Counted from the first letter of the stretch, positions 42,758-52,232 are shown. The stretch: DNA of 64,000 nucleotides from Candidatus Poribacteria bacterium (GCA_965218095.1 OZ244587.1:3232001-3296000); one strand, 5' to 3'. Translations and numbers: made by a program. Notes: generated by a model not told the origin, from the letters alone.

Positions 42758-43692
42758 TGGGCGCTGCCTGTGTCTGTTATAAAGATGCGGCGGAGGATGT
42801 TATGTTTCGGCACCTGGATAATCTGCCTCACATTGTAGCCCAAACCGATGAGGCGCCCGCTGAGATCTCGTATGTCGACAAAAGCGCATTTGGACGCGAT
42901 ATAGCGGATGTTCTGCAAAATTTCCTCGTCTCGTGAGATGTCACTGGTTAGCATGATGCCGTAAGGTAGATCTGTCGCCACGGCATCGAATCGTCCACGG
43001 ATTCGGCGTGCATCGCCAAGACAGACTTTGGCTGTCAAACTGTAGTAAGCTAGATTTGCCTGTGTCGCCTTGACCATGTTTGGGTTGATATCATATCCGA
43101 CAACATCCATCCCCATTTGTGCTGCTTCTAACACGATTGTCCCTGTGCCGCAACAAGGGTCAACAAGTCGATCATTTGGGGAAGCAATCAGATTCACTAT
43201 CGCCCTCGCAAGCCTTGTGGGGAGTGAGCTTGATGTAACACGGGGGCGTTTTCGGTGGGCAACCCACCTACCGTCTGACTCAGACAAAAGCCTTCCGAAC
43301 CAGATCTTTCTGCTTGTCACCACAGTTAAAAAAATGACGCGTGGCTGCGTCAAACGAGCCCTTCCGCCGATAACCCCCCCGACTGTGTGAGCCATTTTCA
43401 TTGTATCCACTCGCAGATTACGTGGAAGCCGAATAACAGATACACGAAAATCCTCTGCGTGTAATTCAGCGGATTTGATTTGTGCACATATCTCCGCCAC
43501 GCTTCCCCCCTCAAATAAGATCTCCATGCAGCTCTTGACATAAGCGCCCCGCTTGACATCAACGCACCTCTCCGAAATCGCAATTCCATAAGAATTTGGC
43601 GCATGGCCGGTTAATGCACGGGACTCTGCATTGATTAACTCTGTGTCTTGATTGGGGATCGCTGTCAGGTAGAGGTAGCTTCGGGTGGACAT
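42754..43692 (-). CDS. Trm11/UPF0020-like SAM-dependent RNA methyltransferase
   Basis: 'SSLPTRLARAIVNL', 'DPCCGTGTI', 'TDLPYG'; promoter TTGACA-N17-TACTAT at 43725-43753 (-). Confidence 0.85.
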   Translation of the reverse strand: MSTRSYLYLTAIPNQDTELINAESRALTGHAPNSYGIAISERCVDVKRGAYVKSCMEILFEGGSVAEICAQIKSAELHAEDFRVSVIRLPRNLRVDTMKMAHTVGGVIGGRARLTQPRVIFLTVVTSRKIWFGRLLSESDGRWVAHRKRPRVTSSSLPTRLARAIVNLIASPNDRLVDPCCGTGTIVLEAAQMGMDVVGYDINPNMVKATQANLAYYSLTAKVCLGDARRIRGRFDAVATDLPYGIMLTSDISRDEEILQNIRYIASKCAFVDIRDLSGRLIGLGYNVRQIIQVPKHNILRRIFITDTGSAH

Positions 43693-44137
43693 CTTTCCTA
43701 TCCTTATGAAGGGCTGATGCCGGGATAGTATCACAATTCCTCGAAGATGTCAATGAGGAGAAACACAGTCATTCTCCAGTACCCGAGCCGTTCAATAATC
43801 TCTCAGCCCGCCATCCGGGGCAATCAGCGCCGGACGGTCATAAGGTTGCGGCGGGTAATGTTTGAAGGCCTCTTCATTATCAATGATAAACTGACACTTT
43901 TGCCATCACGACGCAAATTTGGAGGAACTCGTAAACCGACTGAATTTAACCCGATTTAATATTGCGCGTTTTTCACCGATATGCTATAATCGGGTTTCCA
44001 ATTGCTTGGTTAAGTAATTTTCAGTATTAAGTATTTTATAAATAGTTTGTTTAACTTTCAGTCCAGGGACTCCGCTCCTGGCACGGATCCATGTAGATGA
44101 AAGAAATTATAACTTACTTAAACTATACATTCCGTTT

Positions 44138-44210
44138 GTAGTCGCGCAATTGATTGCGCGTTTGGGACAGCGATGAATCGTTTCACTACAAACCATTACT
44201 TTCTTTCTGA
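44138..44210 (+). repeat. REP-like element, left direct repeat of the RM island
   Basis: GTAGTCGCGCAATTGATTGCGCGTTTGGGA...TCACTACAAACCATTACTTTCTTT; matches 56494-56598. Confidence 0.8.
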
Positions 44211-44211
44211 T

Positions 44212-44368
44212 ATGGCGCGAAGGAAGCGCACATCCCAAGAAACAGAAATCCAAGATTACCGACACGAGGCCGCCACCCGAAAGAACAATCCACCTGTGGG
44301 CATCGCCTCACACGGCGTAATCCGCGAAACACCGAAGCAGAAATACGCCTACAACCCCACCTGCCGCC
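44212..44368 (+). pseudogene. Truncated 5' copy A of type III mod gene
   Basis: MARRK...QDYRHEAATRKNNPPVGIASHG.IRE.PKQ.YAYNP; homologous to 48339-48496, with a 1-nt deletion in the C run. Confidence 0.85.
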
Positions 44369-44461
44369 AAGTCTACCGCCCTGCAGCAGATGTTGAGAGC
44401 ATCTCCACGCTATGGTATAATCCGAAGCCGTGTGGAATGTGTAACAGACCGTTGCCGGTGA

Positions 44462-44734
44462 TCAGGTGTTTTTGACTTCGCTCAGTCTTTTTCCGGTGTG
44501 ATGGGCATCGGTAGGCCTGTCCTTGGATGCGAGTGGGTGTGCTAAGTTGTAATCCACACCTTGCGTGACGCGGACAACGCCCTTTGAAGTGGCAACAAGG
44601 CGGTCATATTCTGCTAAAAGCCGATGGTTGATCTTCGGATTGTTTTTGATGGTAATCATGTCAGTTCTCTCTGAAGTCTTCTTTCCGACATCCTCTGCTG
44701 GAGAGGGAATAAGGGATTGGCATGAGTTTCTCAT
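44462..44734 (-). CDS. Small hypothetical protein (copy A)
   Basis: RBS AAGGAGG; 'NNPKINHRLLAEYDRLV...DYNLAHPL'; paralog of 46906-47232. Confidence 0.7.
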   Translation of the reverse strand: MRNSCQSLIPSPAEDVGKKTSERTDMITIKNNPKINHRLLAEYDRLVATSKGVVRVTQGVDYNLAHPLASKDRPTDAHHTGKRLSEVKNT

Positions 44735-44759
44735 TGTAAACCTCCTTATAATTATATGA

Positions 44760-44871
44760 TAACCCAAGTTGCTACTCTTTGGTTAGTAGTAGCGCAATTC
44801 ATTGCGCGTTCTTCTGTTCTTCTTTGCGTCCTTGCGTTCTATTTTTCTTATCAAGGTAGCAACTCGGATTA
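44760..44871. mobile_element. MITE-like element containing a REP half
   Basis: Terminal IRs TAACCCAAGTTGCTAC / GTAGCAACTCGGATTA (14/16) enclose GTAGTAGCGCAATTCATTGCGCG. Confidence 0.5.
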
Positions 44872-44955
44872 TAATATCATGATTTTGCATTTAATACCAG
44901 CATTTTATGCTCACCACTAACGAATATGCTTGATTTTAATATCTGAGATAATCTC

Positions 44956-46113
44956 ATGGCTGAATACATTCAAGGGATTAATCCCACCATAGTCAAGTGG
45001 GCGAGAGAACGCTCAGGATACACCCTGCGAGAAGTCGCCAAATTCTTCAAGAAGAATGTCGAAACCATTGCCAATTGGGAGTCTGGGGCAGCTGCGCCGA
45101 CTTATGTTCAACTTGAAAAGCTGGCTGACAAATACAAACGACCCGTCGCCATGTTCTTCTTCCCGGAACCTCCCAATGAGACCGATTTTGTGGGACAACT
45201 TGCACTGCGAAGCTCCGAAATTGAGCAACTGGATCCAGGTATCCGTATTCTGTTGCGTCAGGCATACGCAAGGCAACTTTCATTGATGGAACTGAACATG
45301 GACGTGAATCCTGTAGAAACAAAAATTTTCCGCGATCTTCACCCCCAACTTGGCGACTCACCAACAGAGTTGGCACAACAAACCCGAGCGTACTTGGACA
45401 TAAGCGTTGACACGCAAGCAGGCTGGAATAGCGCGAAAGAAGCACTCGGAAATTGGCTAGAAAGTGTTGAGGAAAAAGGTATCTTCGTTTTTAAGGCTGC
45501 CTTCCAAAACGACTCCGTTGATGGCTTTTGTCTCGTCCACGAGCAGTTTCCTGTTATCTACCTCAACAATAGTAGATCGTCTGTCAGACAGATTTTCTCA
45601 CTCTTTCATGAGTTAGCTCATCTCTTACTCGGTGAGAATGGTATAACACGAGGCATCAACCCTGTAGGTGAGCAAATTGAGGTCTTTTGCAACCAATTTG
45701 CTGCTGAATTTCTGGTGCCGTCTGGCGATCTGGAACCCCGACTCAGCTATCCGGTTTACAATGACGCTGCAATAGAGGAGTTGGCAAGTTACTATAAGGT
45801 GAGTCGTCCTGTCATTCTGCTGAGACTGATTAATCAGGGCACCCTCAAACAAAACAGCTACAGGCGGAGGGCCGCCCGATGGACTGAAGAGTACGAATCC
45901 CGCCTAGAAGGAAGGGCAGGAGGTGAATCCCCAGGCGGAGGAAACTATTATAACACCCACGCAGTGTATTTAGGATACAAATTTATAGAACTTGCGTTCA
46001 GCAGATATCATCAGGGACAGTGTTCAATGGAAGAACTTGCAGAACATCTGAGCGTCAAGGCTAAAAACTTGCCTGGTCTCGAAGATTGCCTATTGAGGAA
46101 GATAACCCGCTAA
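44956..46113 (+). CDS. XRE-HTH + ImmA/IrrE metallopeptidase
   Basis: N-terminal HTH 'WARERSGYTLREVA...NWESG..PTYVQLEKLA'; HExxH 'RQIFSLFHELAHLL'; 'EVFCNQFAAEFLVP'. Confidence 0.92.
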   Translation: MAEYIQGINPTIVKWARERSGYTLREVAKFFKKNVETIANWESGAAAPTYVQLEKLADKYKRPVAMFFFPEPPNETDFVGQLALRSSEIEQLDPGIRILLRQAYARQLSLMELNMDVNPVETKIFRDLHPQLGDSPTELAQQTRAYLDISVDTQAGWNSAKEALGNWLESVEEKGIFVFKAAFQNDSVDGFCLVHEQFPVIYLNNSRSSVRQIFSLFHELAHLLLGENGITRGINPVGEQIEVFCNQFAAEFLVPSGDLEPRLSYPVYNDAAIEELASYYKVSRPVILLRLINQGTLKQNSYRRRAARWTEEYESRLEGRAGGESPGGGNYYNTHAVYLGYKFIELAFSRYHQGQCSMEELAEHLSVKAKNLPGLEDCLLRKITR

Positions 46114-46583
46114 TGGCTTACGTATTTGACACCAACAGTTTTAGGGTGCTTGGGAACTACTATCCTGAACAATTTCCAACTTTTTGGGAAAAATTCAATC
46201 AGGCAGTAACCTTTGGAAAGATAATCTCTGTGAGAGAGACCCGCAGGGAACTAGAGTTCCAAGTACATCATCCCCATTTATTTGATTGGGTGAAAGATTA
46301 CGGACATCTTTTTTTGTCCCCTCGACCAGCGGAAATGCAGTTCGTCAGTGATATTTTTTCTGTTTCACATTTCCAAACGTTAGTGAATGCGAAAACTCGT
46401 TTACTCGGCCAACCGTGTGCAGATCCGTTTATTATCGCAAAAGCGAAGTTCATAGATGGTTGTGTTGTCACAGAAGAAAAGTGGAAGCAAAACGCTGCGA
46501 AAATCCCGAACGTTTGTGAGCATTTTGAGGTGGACTGCACAAACCTCCAAGGGTTCATGGAAAGAGAGGGTTGGACGTTCTAA
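46113..46583 (+). CDS. DUF4411 family PIN-like nuclease
   Basis: 'YVFDTNSF...YYP..FPTFW', 'ADPFIIAKA', 'VVTEE', 'KIPNVC'; coupled to the upstream gene by TAATG. Confidence 0.88.
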   Translation: MAYVFDTNSFRVLGNYYPEQFPTFWEKFNQAVTFGKIISVRETRRELEFQVHHPHLFDWVKDYGHLFLSPRPAEMQFVSDIFSVSHFQTLVNAKTRLLGQPCADPFIIAKAKFIDGCVVTEEKWKQNAAKIPNVCEHFEVDCTNLQGFMEREGWTF

Positions 46584-46648
46584 CTTTGCTCGGTATTGAC
46601 AAGCAACAAATCCCTAACCCCGGAAACTCAGAAGAAGGAAAGAAAGAT

Positions 46649-46840
46649 ATGGCACGAACGAAACGCCCTGCCAAAAAGCAGGAAACCGAAACCCAAGATT
46701 ACCGGCACGACGACGCCACCCGAAAGAACAACCCGCCTGCGGGCATCGCCTCACACGGCGTAATCCGCGAAACACCGAAGCAGGAATACGCCTACAACCC
46801 CCACCTGCCGCCAAGTCTACCGCCCTGCAGCAGATGTTGA
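46649..46840 (+). pseudogene. Truncated 5' copy B of type III mod gene
   Basis: MARTK...QDYRHDDATRKNNPPAGIASHG.IRE.PKQEYAYNPHLPP, then diverges and stops. Confidence 0.85.
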
Positions 46841-46905
46841 GAGCATCTCCACGCTATGGTATAATCCGAAGCCATGTGGAATGTGTAACAGACCTTTGCC
46901 GGTGA

Positions 46906-47232
46906 TCAGGTGTTCTTAGCTTCGCTTAGGCTTTTTCCAATCTCACGGGGATCAGTGGACACGTCATTGGATCCAAGTGGATGTGACAGATGGTAATCTG
47001 CACCTTGTACGACGCGGACAATACCTTTTGAAGCAGCAACAAGGCGTTCATATTCCTCAGTCACACGGTAGAATTCTGATAAAAGTTCATGGTCAATCTT
47101 CGGATTGTTTTCGACAGTAATTGTGTTAACCCTTTGTTCGTGCGGTGTAGAAACCTCTACAGCTCTCTCAGAAGTCTTATCTCTGACATCCTCTGTTGAA
47201 AAGGAGATAAGGGATTGGCGTGAGTCCTTCAT
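46906..47232 (-). CDS. Small hypothetical protein (copy B)
   Basis: 'NNPKIDHELLSEF...YERLV...DYHLSHPL'; directly downstream of the ClpP-like protease. Confidence 0.7.
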   Translation of the reverse strand: MKDSRQSLISFSTEDVRDKTSERAVEVSTPHEQRVNTITVENNPKIDHELLSEFYRVTEEYERLVAASKGIVRVVQGADYHLSHPLGSNDVSTDPREIGKSLSEAKNT

Positions 47233-47253
47233 TGTGAACCCCCTTGTCTTTGA

Positions 47254-48108
47254 TCAGAAGTATTTGCAGGTGTGCACAAACGAGCCTCCTTGAATATAAT
47301 CTTTGAGCAGCCCAACGTAGTTATCAAGAACAAGGGAGAGGTTGGGGGTATCTTCCAACTTCTCGATTTTCAAGTTTATGTCCGGATCCGAGGTTAGTAT
47401 GTCTCTGGAAATCATGCGTCCATGAGAATGCCAACGTTCATTATCACTCAACATAGCTGCAATCTCTTTTGCTCTTTGCTTCTTTTCATCTTCCGTCACA
47501 GTTGCTCCAGTTGAACTGTGGGTCTTCCAGTTCTTGAACTTATAGGTGGAGAGCCATTGAGTCAAAAGATCGTGCGACAACTGGCGTGCTTGTTCAAATT
47601 GGTCAAGCTCACCCAAGTCAAGTTTGTTGAGAAGCACCAGTTCGGCAGTGTTCAACTCGCCAGCCTCCGCTTTTGCGTGCAGCCGCTGATACTGGTTTAA
47701 ATACGACAAGGCTGGAACAAGTTTTTCGTCCTTCACAATTTGGGGATCGATGGGCCCCAAACACGAAAAGTAGCCCATGAAGATCCGGTCGCCCGCCATC
47801 ACGAAAACTGTACCGGCGGACATGGCTCGGTCAGGGATCAGGAAGTCAACTGCAGCATAGTAGTGGCGAATAACAGACACGATACGTTCAACTACTTCGA
47901 CTATGCCACCAGGCGTGTCTAAGACAATCGCTATTCTGGACTTTCGTTTTTGGAACGACTCAACAGCACTCCTTACTCTATTCTCTAAACCGTACAATAT
48001 CGGACTGAAGATTGTAAGCGCGTCTGCTTTGAGAATTTTTTCAATCTTGCCGAGATACTTATTGAGTTGGGTATTTGTGTGATGATCGACCGGGCGGAGT
48101 GTTACCAT
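47254..48108 (-). CDS. ClpP/crotonase-like serine protease (SDH_sah / SppA-like)
   Basis: 'LDTPGGIVE', 'AMSAGT', 'LGPIDPQ', 'WHSHGRMI'. Start placed at MVTLRP. Confidence 0.88.
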   Translation of the reverse strand: MVTLRPVDHHTNTQLNKYLGKIEKILKADALTIFSPILYGLENRVRSAVESFQKRKSRIAIVLDTPGGIVEVVERIVSVIRHYYAAVDFLIPDRAMSAGTVFVMAGDRIFMGYFSCLGPIDPQIVKDEKLVPALSYLNQYQRLHAKAEAGELNTAELVLLNKLDLGELDQFEQARQLSHDLLTQWLSTYKFKNWKTHSSTGATVTEDEKKQRAKEIAAMLSDNERWHSHGRMISRDILTSDPDINLKIEKLEDTPNLSLVLDNYVGLLKDYIQGGSFVHTCKYF

Positions 48109-48166
48109 AGTTTTTCTGATTGGGCTAAATCGCCTCCTTAGTTTTAAAGGGTTTATATGGTATAAT

Positions 48167-48249
48167 GATATTATGATATCATAAGATATTATTATATCAT
48201 AATTTGGCACTATATGCCATAATTTGGCACTATATGCCGTAATTTGGCC
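48167..48249. repeat. Tandem 18-bp x2 and 20-bp x2.5 palindromic repeats in the divergent protease/mod promoter
   Basis: GATATTAT(G/T)ATATCATAA x2; CATAATTTGGCACTATATGC x2 plus a partial third copy. Confidence 0.85.
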
Positions 48250-48338
48250 CTTTGTACCAGCGAAAATTTTATACTCACCACCAGCATCCGAAACCACTTT
48301 AGGGGCGTGGACCCCTAGCCCTATAAGGAAACAATTTA

Positions 48339-51281
48339 ATGCCAAAAAATCCCCAAAAATCTAACGAGAAAGGCGTCGAAGATTACCGGCACGACGCTGC
48401 CACCCGAAAGAACAACCCGCCCGCGGGCATCGCCTCACATGCGAAAATCCGCGAAAAACCGAAGCAAGAATACGCCTACAACCCCCACCTGCCGCCGTGC
48501 CTGCAATTCGACGAAAACGGCGACGCCGACCAACTCCCCGAATTGCTCGAAAAGGCGCGACATAAACCGCTCTCCGCCGATGAGGTGCAAATCCTCGCAG
48601 AGGCACTGAGACACCACGGTCCATGGATCGAATGGGCGGGCAAACAGGAGGCGGAATCGTTCGCTGTCGATCCGGTTGCGTTGCACATCCACGAGCGGGT
48701 AAGTACGAAAGCCATTGTGAAAGTGGCAGAGCGGGAAAACGTCCAACGCGAGCTCTTTGCCGACCCGCAGCAAGAATACCGGGAGGCAGTGCAGTTTTAC
48801 CAACACGATGTGGATTGGACGAACCGCCTCATCTTGGGCGATAGCCTCACCGTGATGAGTTCTTTGGCACGACGTGAAGACCTCGCGGGCAAAGTCCAGA
48901 TGATTTACATCGATCCACCCTACGGCATCAAGTTCGCCTCAAACTTTCAACCCACTGTCTTCCAGCGTGATGTGAAGGAAAAACCGGCTGACCTGACCCG
49001 CGAACGGGAGCAGATTAAAGCCTACCGCGATACGTGGACCCTCGGCGTTCACTCCTACCTCGCCTACCTCCGCGACCGGCTGATTGTCGCCAAAGAGTTA
49101 TTGACCGATAGCGGTAGCATCTTTGTGCAGATCGGTGATGAGAATATTCATCGGGTGCGATGTCTAATGGATGAGGTATTTGGGGCAGAAAATTTTATAG
49201 CCCTCATTCCATTTCAGACAACAACCGGGCTTCAAAGTCGTTACCTTAAAGGTGTCTATGACCTTATTATTTGGTATGCAAGAGAAAAAGCAAATATGAA
49301 GTACAAGCAACTTTACTTAGAAAAACAAACAGGGGCGAATACATATTATGACTATATGAAGTTACCAAACGGATCAATTCAGAAAACGCAAGAGAGCGAA
49401 GAAATCCCTGATAACTGGCAGATATTCTCACCTCAACCTCTTGTTTCAGGTGCATACTCAGAAACGACAACTTTTGAGTTTCCTCATAACAATACTTTAT
49501 ATCATCCCGGTAGAAATAGGTGCTGGAAGACTACTCCTGAAGGAATGAAAAGATTATCAAAGTCTGAAAGAATATTTGCATCTACTAAAACATTGAAATT
49601 CATTCGCTATGCTAATGATTTCCTTGTTACAGAGATATCAAATCTTTGGACAGATGCGATGAGTCTCATTGGCAAAAAATATGTTGCTGAAACAGTCCCT
49701 AAAATTATTGAGCGTTGTATGTTAATGGTGACAGAGCCCGGCGATCTGGTTCTTGATCCGACTTGCGGTAGTGGTACGACTGCTTACGTTGCTGAACAAT
49801 GGGGTAGACGCTGGATTACTATTGATACTAGTCGCGTTGCTATCACATTAGCACGCCAAAAACTTCTTACCGCGAATTTCAATTACTATCAACTCAAAGA
49901 CGGATTAGAAGGAGTTTCAGGTGGCTTTGTCAACAAAACGGTCCCGCATATCACCCTCAAAAGCATTGCTCAAAATACTGCACTTGATCCGATATTCGCA
50001 AAATATGAGCCGATTCTCGCGGAAAAGTTAGAAACCCTCAATCTTGCCCTAGCAGAGGTTACGCCAGAGATTCGGACTAAACTCCGTTCCAAACTTGCGA
50101 CGAGGGAACGGAGCAAAGGGAAAAAGGCGGTCACGGATGTGGACCGACGGCGTTGGCAGCTCCCGAAAACGACGTGGCAGGAGTGGGAGGTGCCGTTTGA
50201 CACCGACCCCAATTGGCCCCTAGCGTTGAGTGAAGCATTAACCGATTATCGCGAGGCGTTCCGAGCAAAGATGAACGAAGTAAACGGCTGCATCGCCGCA
50301 TCTTCCGATGGCGAGGAATTGGTCGATCAGCCGGAGGTAGACAGAAAGAAGCTGCGGGTGAGTGGGCCCTTCACGGTGGAGGCGGTACAACCCGCTGAAG
50401 CATCACTCGACCCCGATTCACCCATCGGCGGTGAACCGGAAGAAGCACTGGACACATTCGAGTCTGACGACGTTGAGGGTGAACCCACTAACGCCGAAGC
50501 GTATCTTGATCAAATGATTCGTCTGCTGCGAAATGACGGTGTACGTTTTCCTGATAACCAGAAAATGAAATTCGCGGCACTCGATCCACTTGAGGATGAT
50601 ATTCTGCACGCCGAAGGGAGTTGGGAAGGTAACGATGCGGAGCGAAACGTAGCGGTAGTGTTTGGTCCACAGCACGGTCCCGTCACAGTGATGCAGGTTG
50701 AGGCGTGCTTGCCTATTGCGTCTCGGCGTGGATATGATGAACTAATCTTTGCTGGCTTCAGTTTCGACGGTGCGGCGCAAGCGGTTATCCGAGAGGACCC
50801 GCATCCAAGGGTCCGTATCCACATGGCACACATCAACCCCGACGTAACGATGGGCGACCTACTAAAGGAGACGCCTTCCAGTCAACTGTTCACTGTGTTT
50901 GGGGCGCCGCGCACAGCAATCGAAATGATAGGGAACGGTGAGTATATCGTCAAGATGGAGGGGGTGGATATTTACAACCCCGTAGAGAACACGGTGAGTT
51001 CTGCAGGCGGTGACAAGGTGGCGGCGTGGTTCCTTGACAGCGACTACGACGGTCGAACCTTCTGCATCACCCAAGCGTTTTTCCCCGACAAAAAGGCGTG
51101 GGACAAAATAGCGAGAGCACTCAAAGGCGTTATTGACCCAGAGCATTTTGAGAAGTTCAGTGGAACCGAATCGTTTCCGTTCCCTGCCGGGGAGCACCGG
51201 AGCGTCGCGGTCAAGGTGATTGACCCGCGGGGGAATGAGGTGATGCGGGTGCACGATTTGCGGGAGACAAGGTATGCTTGA
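48339..51281 (+). CDS. mod: Type III R-M DNA methyltransferase (Mod, beta class)
   Basis: 'NRLILGDSL', 'MIYIDPPYGI', 'LVLDPTCGSGTT'; AT-rich central TRD at about 49140-49920. Confidence 0.93.
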   Translation: MPKNPQKSNEKGVEDYRHDAATRKNNPPAGIASHAKIREKPKQEYAYNPHLPPCLQFDENGDADQLPELLEKARHKPLSADEVQILAEALRHHGPWIEWAGKQEAESFAVDPVALHIHERVSTKAIVKVAERENVQRELFADPQQEYREAVQFYQHDVDWTNRLILGDSLTVMSSLARREDLAGKVQMIYIDPPYGIKFASNFQPTVFQRDVKEKPADLTREREQIKAYRDTWTLGVHSYLAYLRDRLIVAKELLTDSGSIFVQIGDENIHRVRCLMDEVFGAENFIALIPFQTTTGLQSRYLKGVYDLIIWYAREKANMKYKQLYLEKQTGANTYYDYMKLPNGSIQKTQESEEIPDNWQIFSPQPLVSGAYSETTTFEFPHNNTLYHPGRNRCWKTTPEGMKRLSKSERIFASTKTLKFIRYANDFLVTEISNLWTDAMSLIGKKYVAETVPKIIERCMLMVTEPGDLVLDPTCGSGTTAYVAEQWGRRWITIDTSRVAITLARQKLLTANFNYYQLKDGLEGVSGGFVNKTVPHITLKSIAQNTALDPIFAKYEPILAEKLETLNLALAEVTPEIRTKLRSKLATRERSKGKKAVTDVDRRRWQLPKTTWQEWEVPFDTDPNWPLALSEALTDYREAFRAKMNEVNGCIAASSDGEELVDQPEVDRKKLRVSGPFTVEAVQPAEASLDPDSPIGGEPEEALDTFESDDVEGEPTNAEAYLDQMIRLLRNDGVRFPDNQKMKFAALDPLEDDILHAEGSWEGNDAERNVAVVFGPQHGPVTVMQVEACLPIASRRGYDELIFAGFSFDGAAQAVIREDPHPRVRIHMAHINPDVTMGDLLKETPSSQLFTVFGAPRTAIEMIGNGEYIVKMEGVDIYNPVENTVSSAGGDKVAAWFLDSDYDGRTFCITQAFFPDKKAWDKIARALKGVIDPEHFEKFSGTESFPFPAGEHRSVAVKVIDPRGNEVMRVHDLRETRYA

Positions 51282-51470
51282 TTCGTATCGGGTAACTCAA
51301 TGAGGGTTGTTCATTATTCTGTAGGAGGGACTCCCTATCCTGATTATCGGGGCGATAACTTCTCCGACACAGTGGGGTGGAAGGACGCTCGCGTGCCTCC
51401 TTGCTTGTCTGAATCACGGATTAAACAGATGACGCAGACGACACGGATTAAGAACCGATTGAACATTCGG

Positions 51471-51551
51471 ATAAAAAATCCGCGAAATCCAATAATCCGC
51501 GCAAATCCGCGATTCAGACACTCTCCAAGTTTGACAATTTCTCATACAATA
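51471..51551 (+). repeat. ~80-bp direct repeat, copy 1 (mod-res spacer)
   Basis: ATAAAAAATCCGCGAAATCCAATAATCCGCGC.AATCCGCGATTCAGAC....CCAAGT...CTCATACAATA; copy 2 at 52233-52313. Confidence 0.85.
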
Positions 51552-51967
51552 CAATCAGGAGGCAGAAAATGAATAAGAATCACGACAACCTTTGAGGGAG
51601 ACAATCTGCACCGTCAATCCTAACGACAACTGTTACGACGCCGCAAAATGGGATAAGCAATTCCGGGCTAATGCAGGCGAATTACCTCCGGGAACTGGAG
51701 AAGCGTTACCAACAACTGGCATCTAAGGCAGCGAGCGCATTGAACGCCGCGCATGACAGTCTGGAATCTACAATTCCATCCCTTAGCCCAAAAGAGCAAA
51801 TTTCACTTGTTCCAGGGGATTTGAGCGTTCAACTGCGTAAGTTCTACATATTAATCGTCAACGCAAATCTTTATCAGTTGTGCACGCCAACTTTTTTTTG
51901 CGTTGGCATTGTGTTGGCATTCTTTATGAAATACAACCCTAAATTCATAGGACTTACGCAGTTCAGC

Positions 51968-52167
51968 TTGTAGTAGCGTAATTCATTGCGCGTCCGGACA
52001 GGCGATAAATCATCCTACTACAAATCTCGATGCCGTTGTCTTGATGCTTTGATGTAGGAAACAACGATCGTTGTTCCCTACGGAATCGGGGGTTCTCGGT
52101 AAGAATTTATTGTAATTGCCCGATTCATCGGGCGTTGTAGTACGGCGATGAATCGCCGCACTACAAG
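51968..52167. repeat. Cluster of REP-like GTAG...CTAC palindromes
   Basis: GTAGTAGCGTAATTCATTGCGCG...CTACTAC; GTAGGAAACAACGATCGTTGTTCCCTAC; GTAGTACGGCGATGAATCGCCGCACTAC. Confidence 0.7.
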
Positions 52168-52232
52168 TTGCTTTGAATCCCGATCTCTGCATTGGGGGCT
52201 TTGAGCATTCGACTGCGTGAGTCCTAATTCTA

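Noticed and set aside
44212-47243. Assembly artefact explanation for the duplicated units
   Set aside because: The copies differ by many substitutions and in-frame indels and have different N-termini. Not fully excluded without long reads.
48205-48237. sigma54 promoter from TGGCAC motifs
   Set aside because: GG-to-GC spacing is 8 nt, not the required 10.
48167-48249. CRISPR-like mini array
   Set aside because: The units are directly abutting with no unique spacers, and there are no cas genes.
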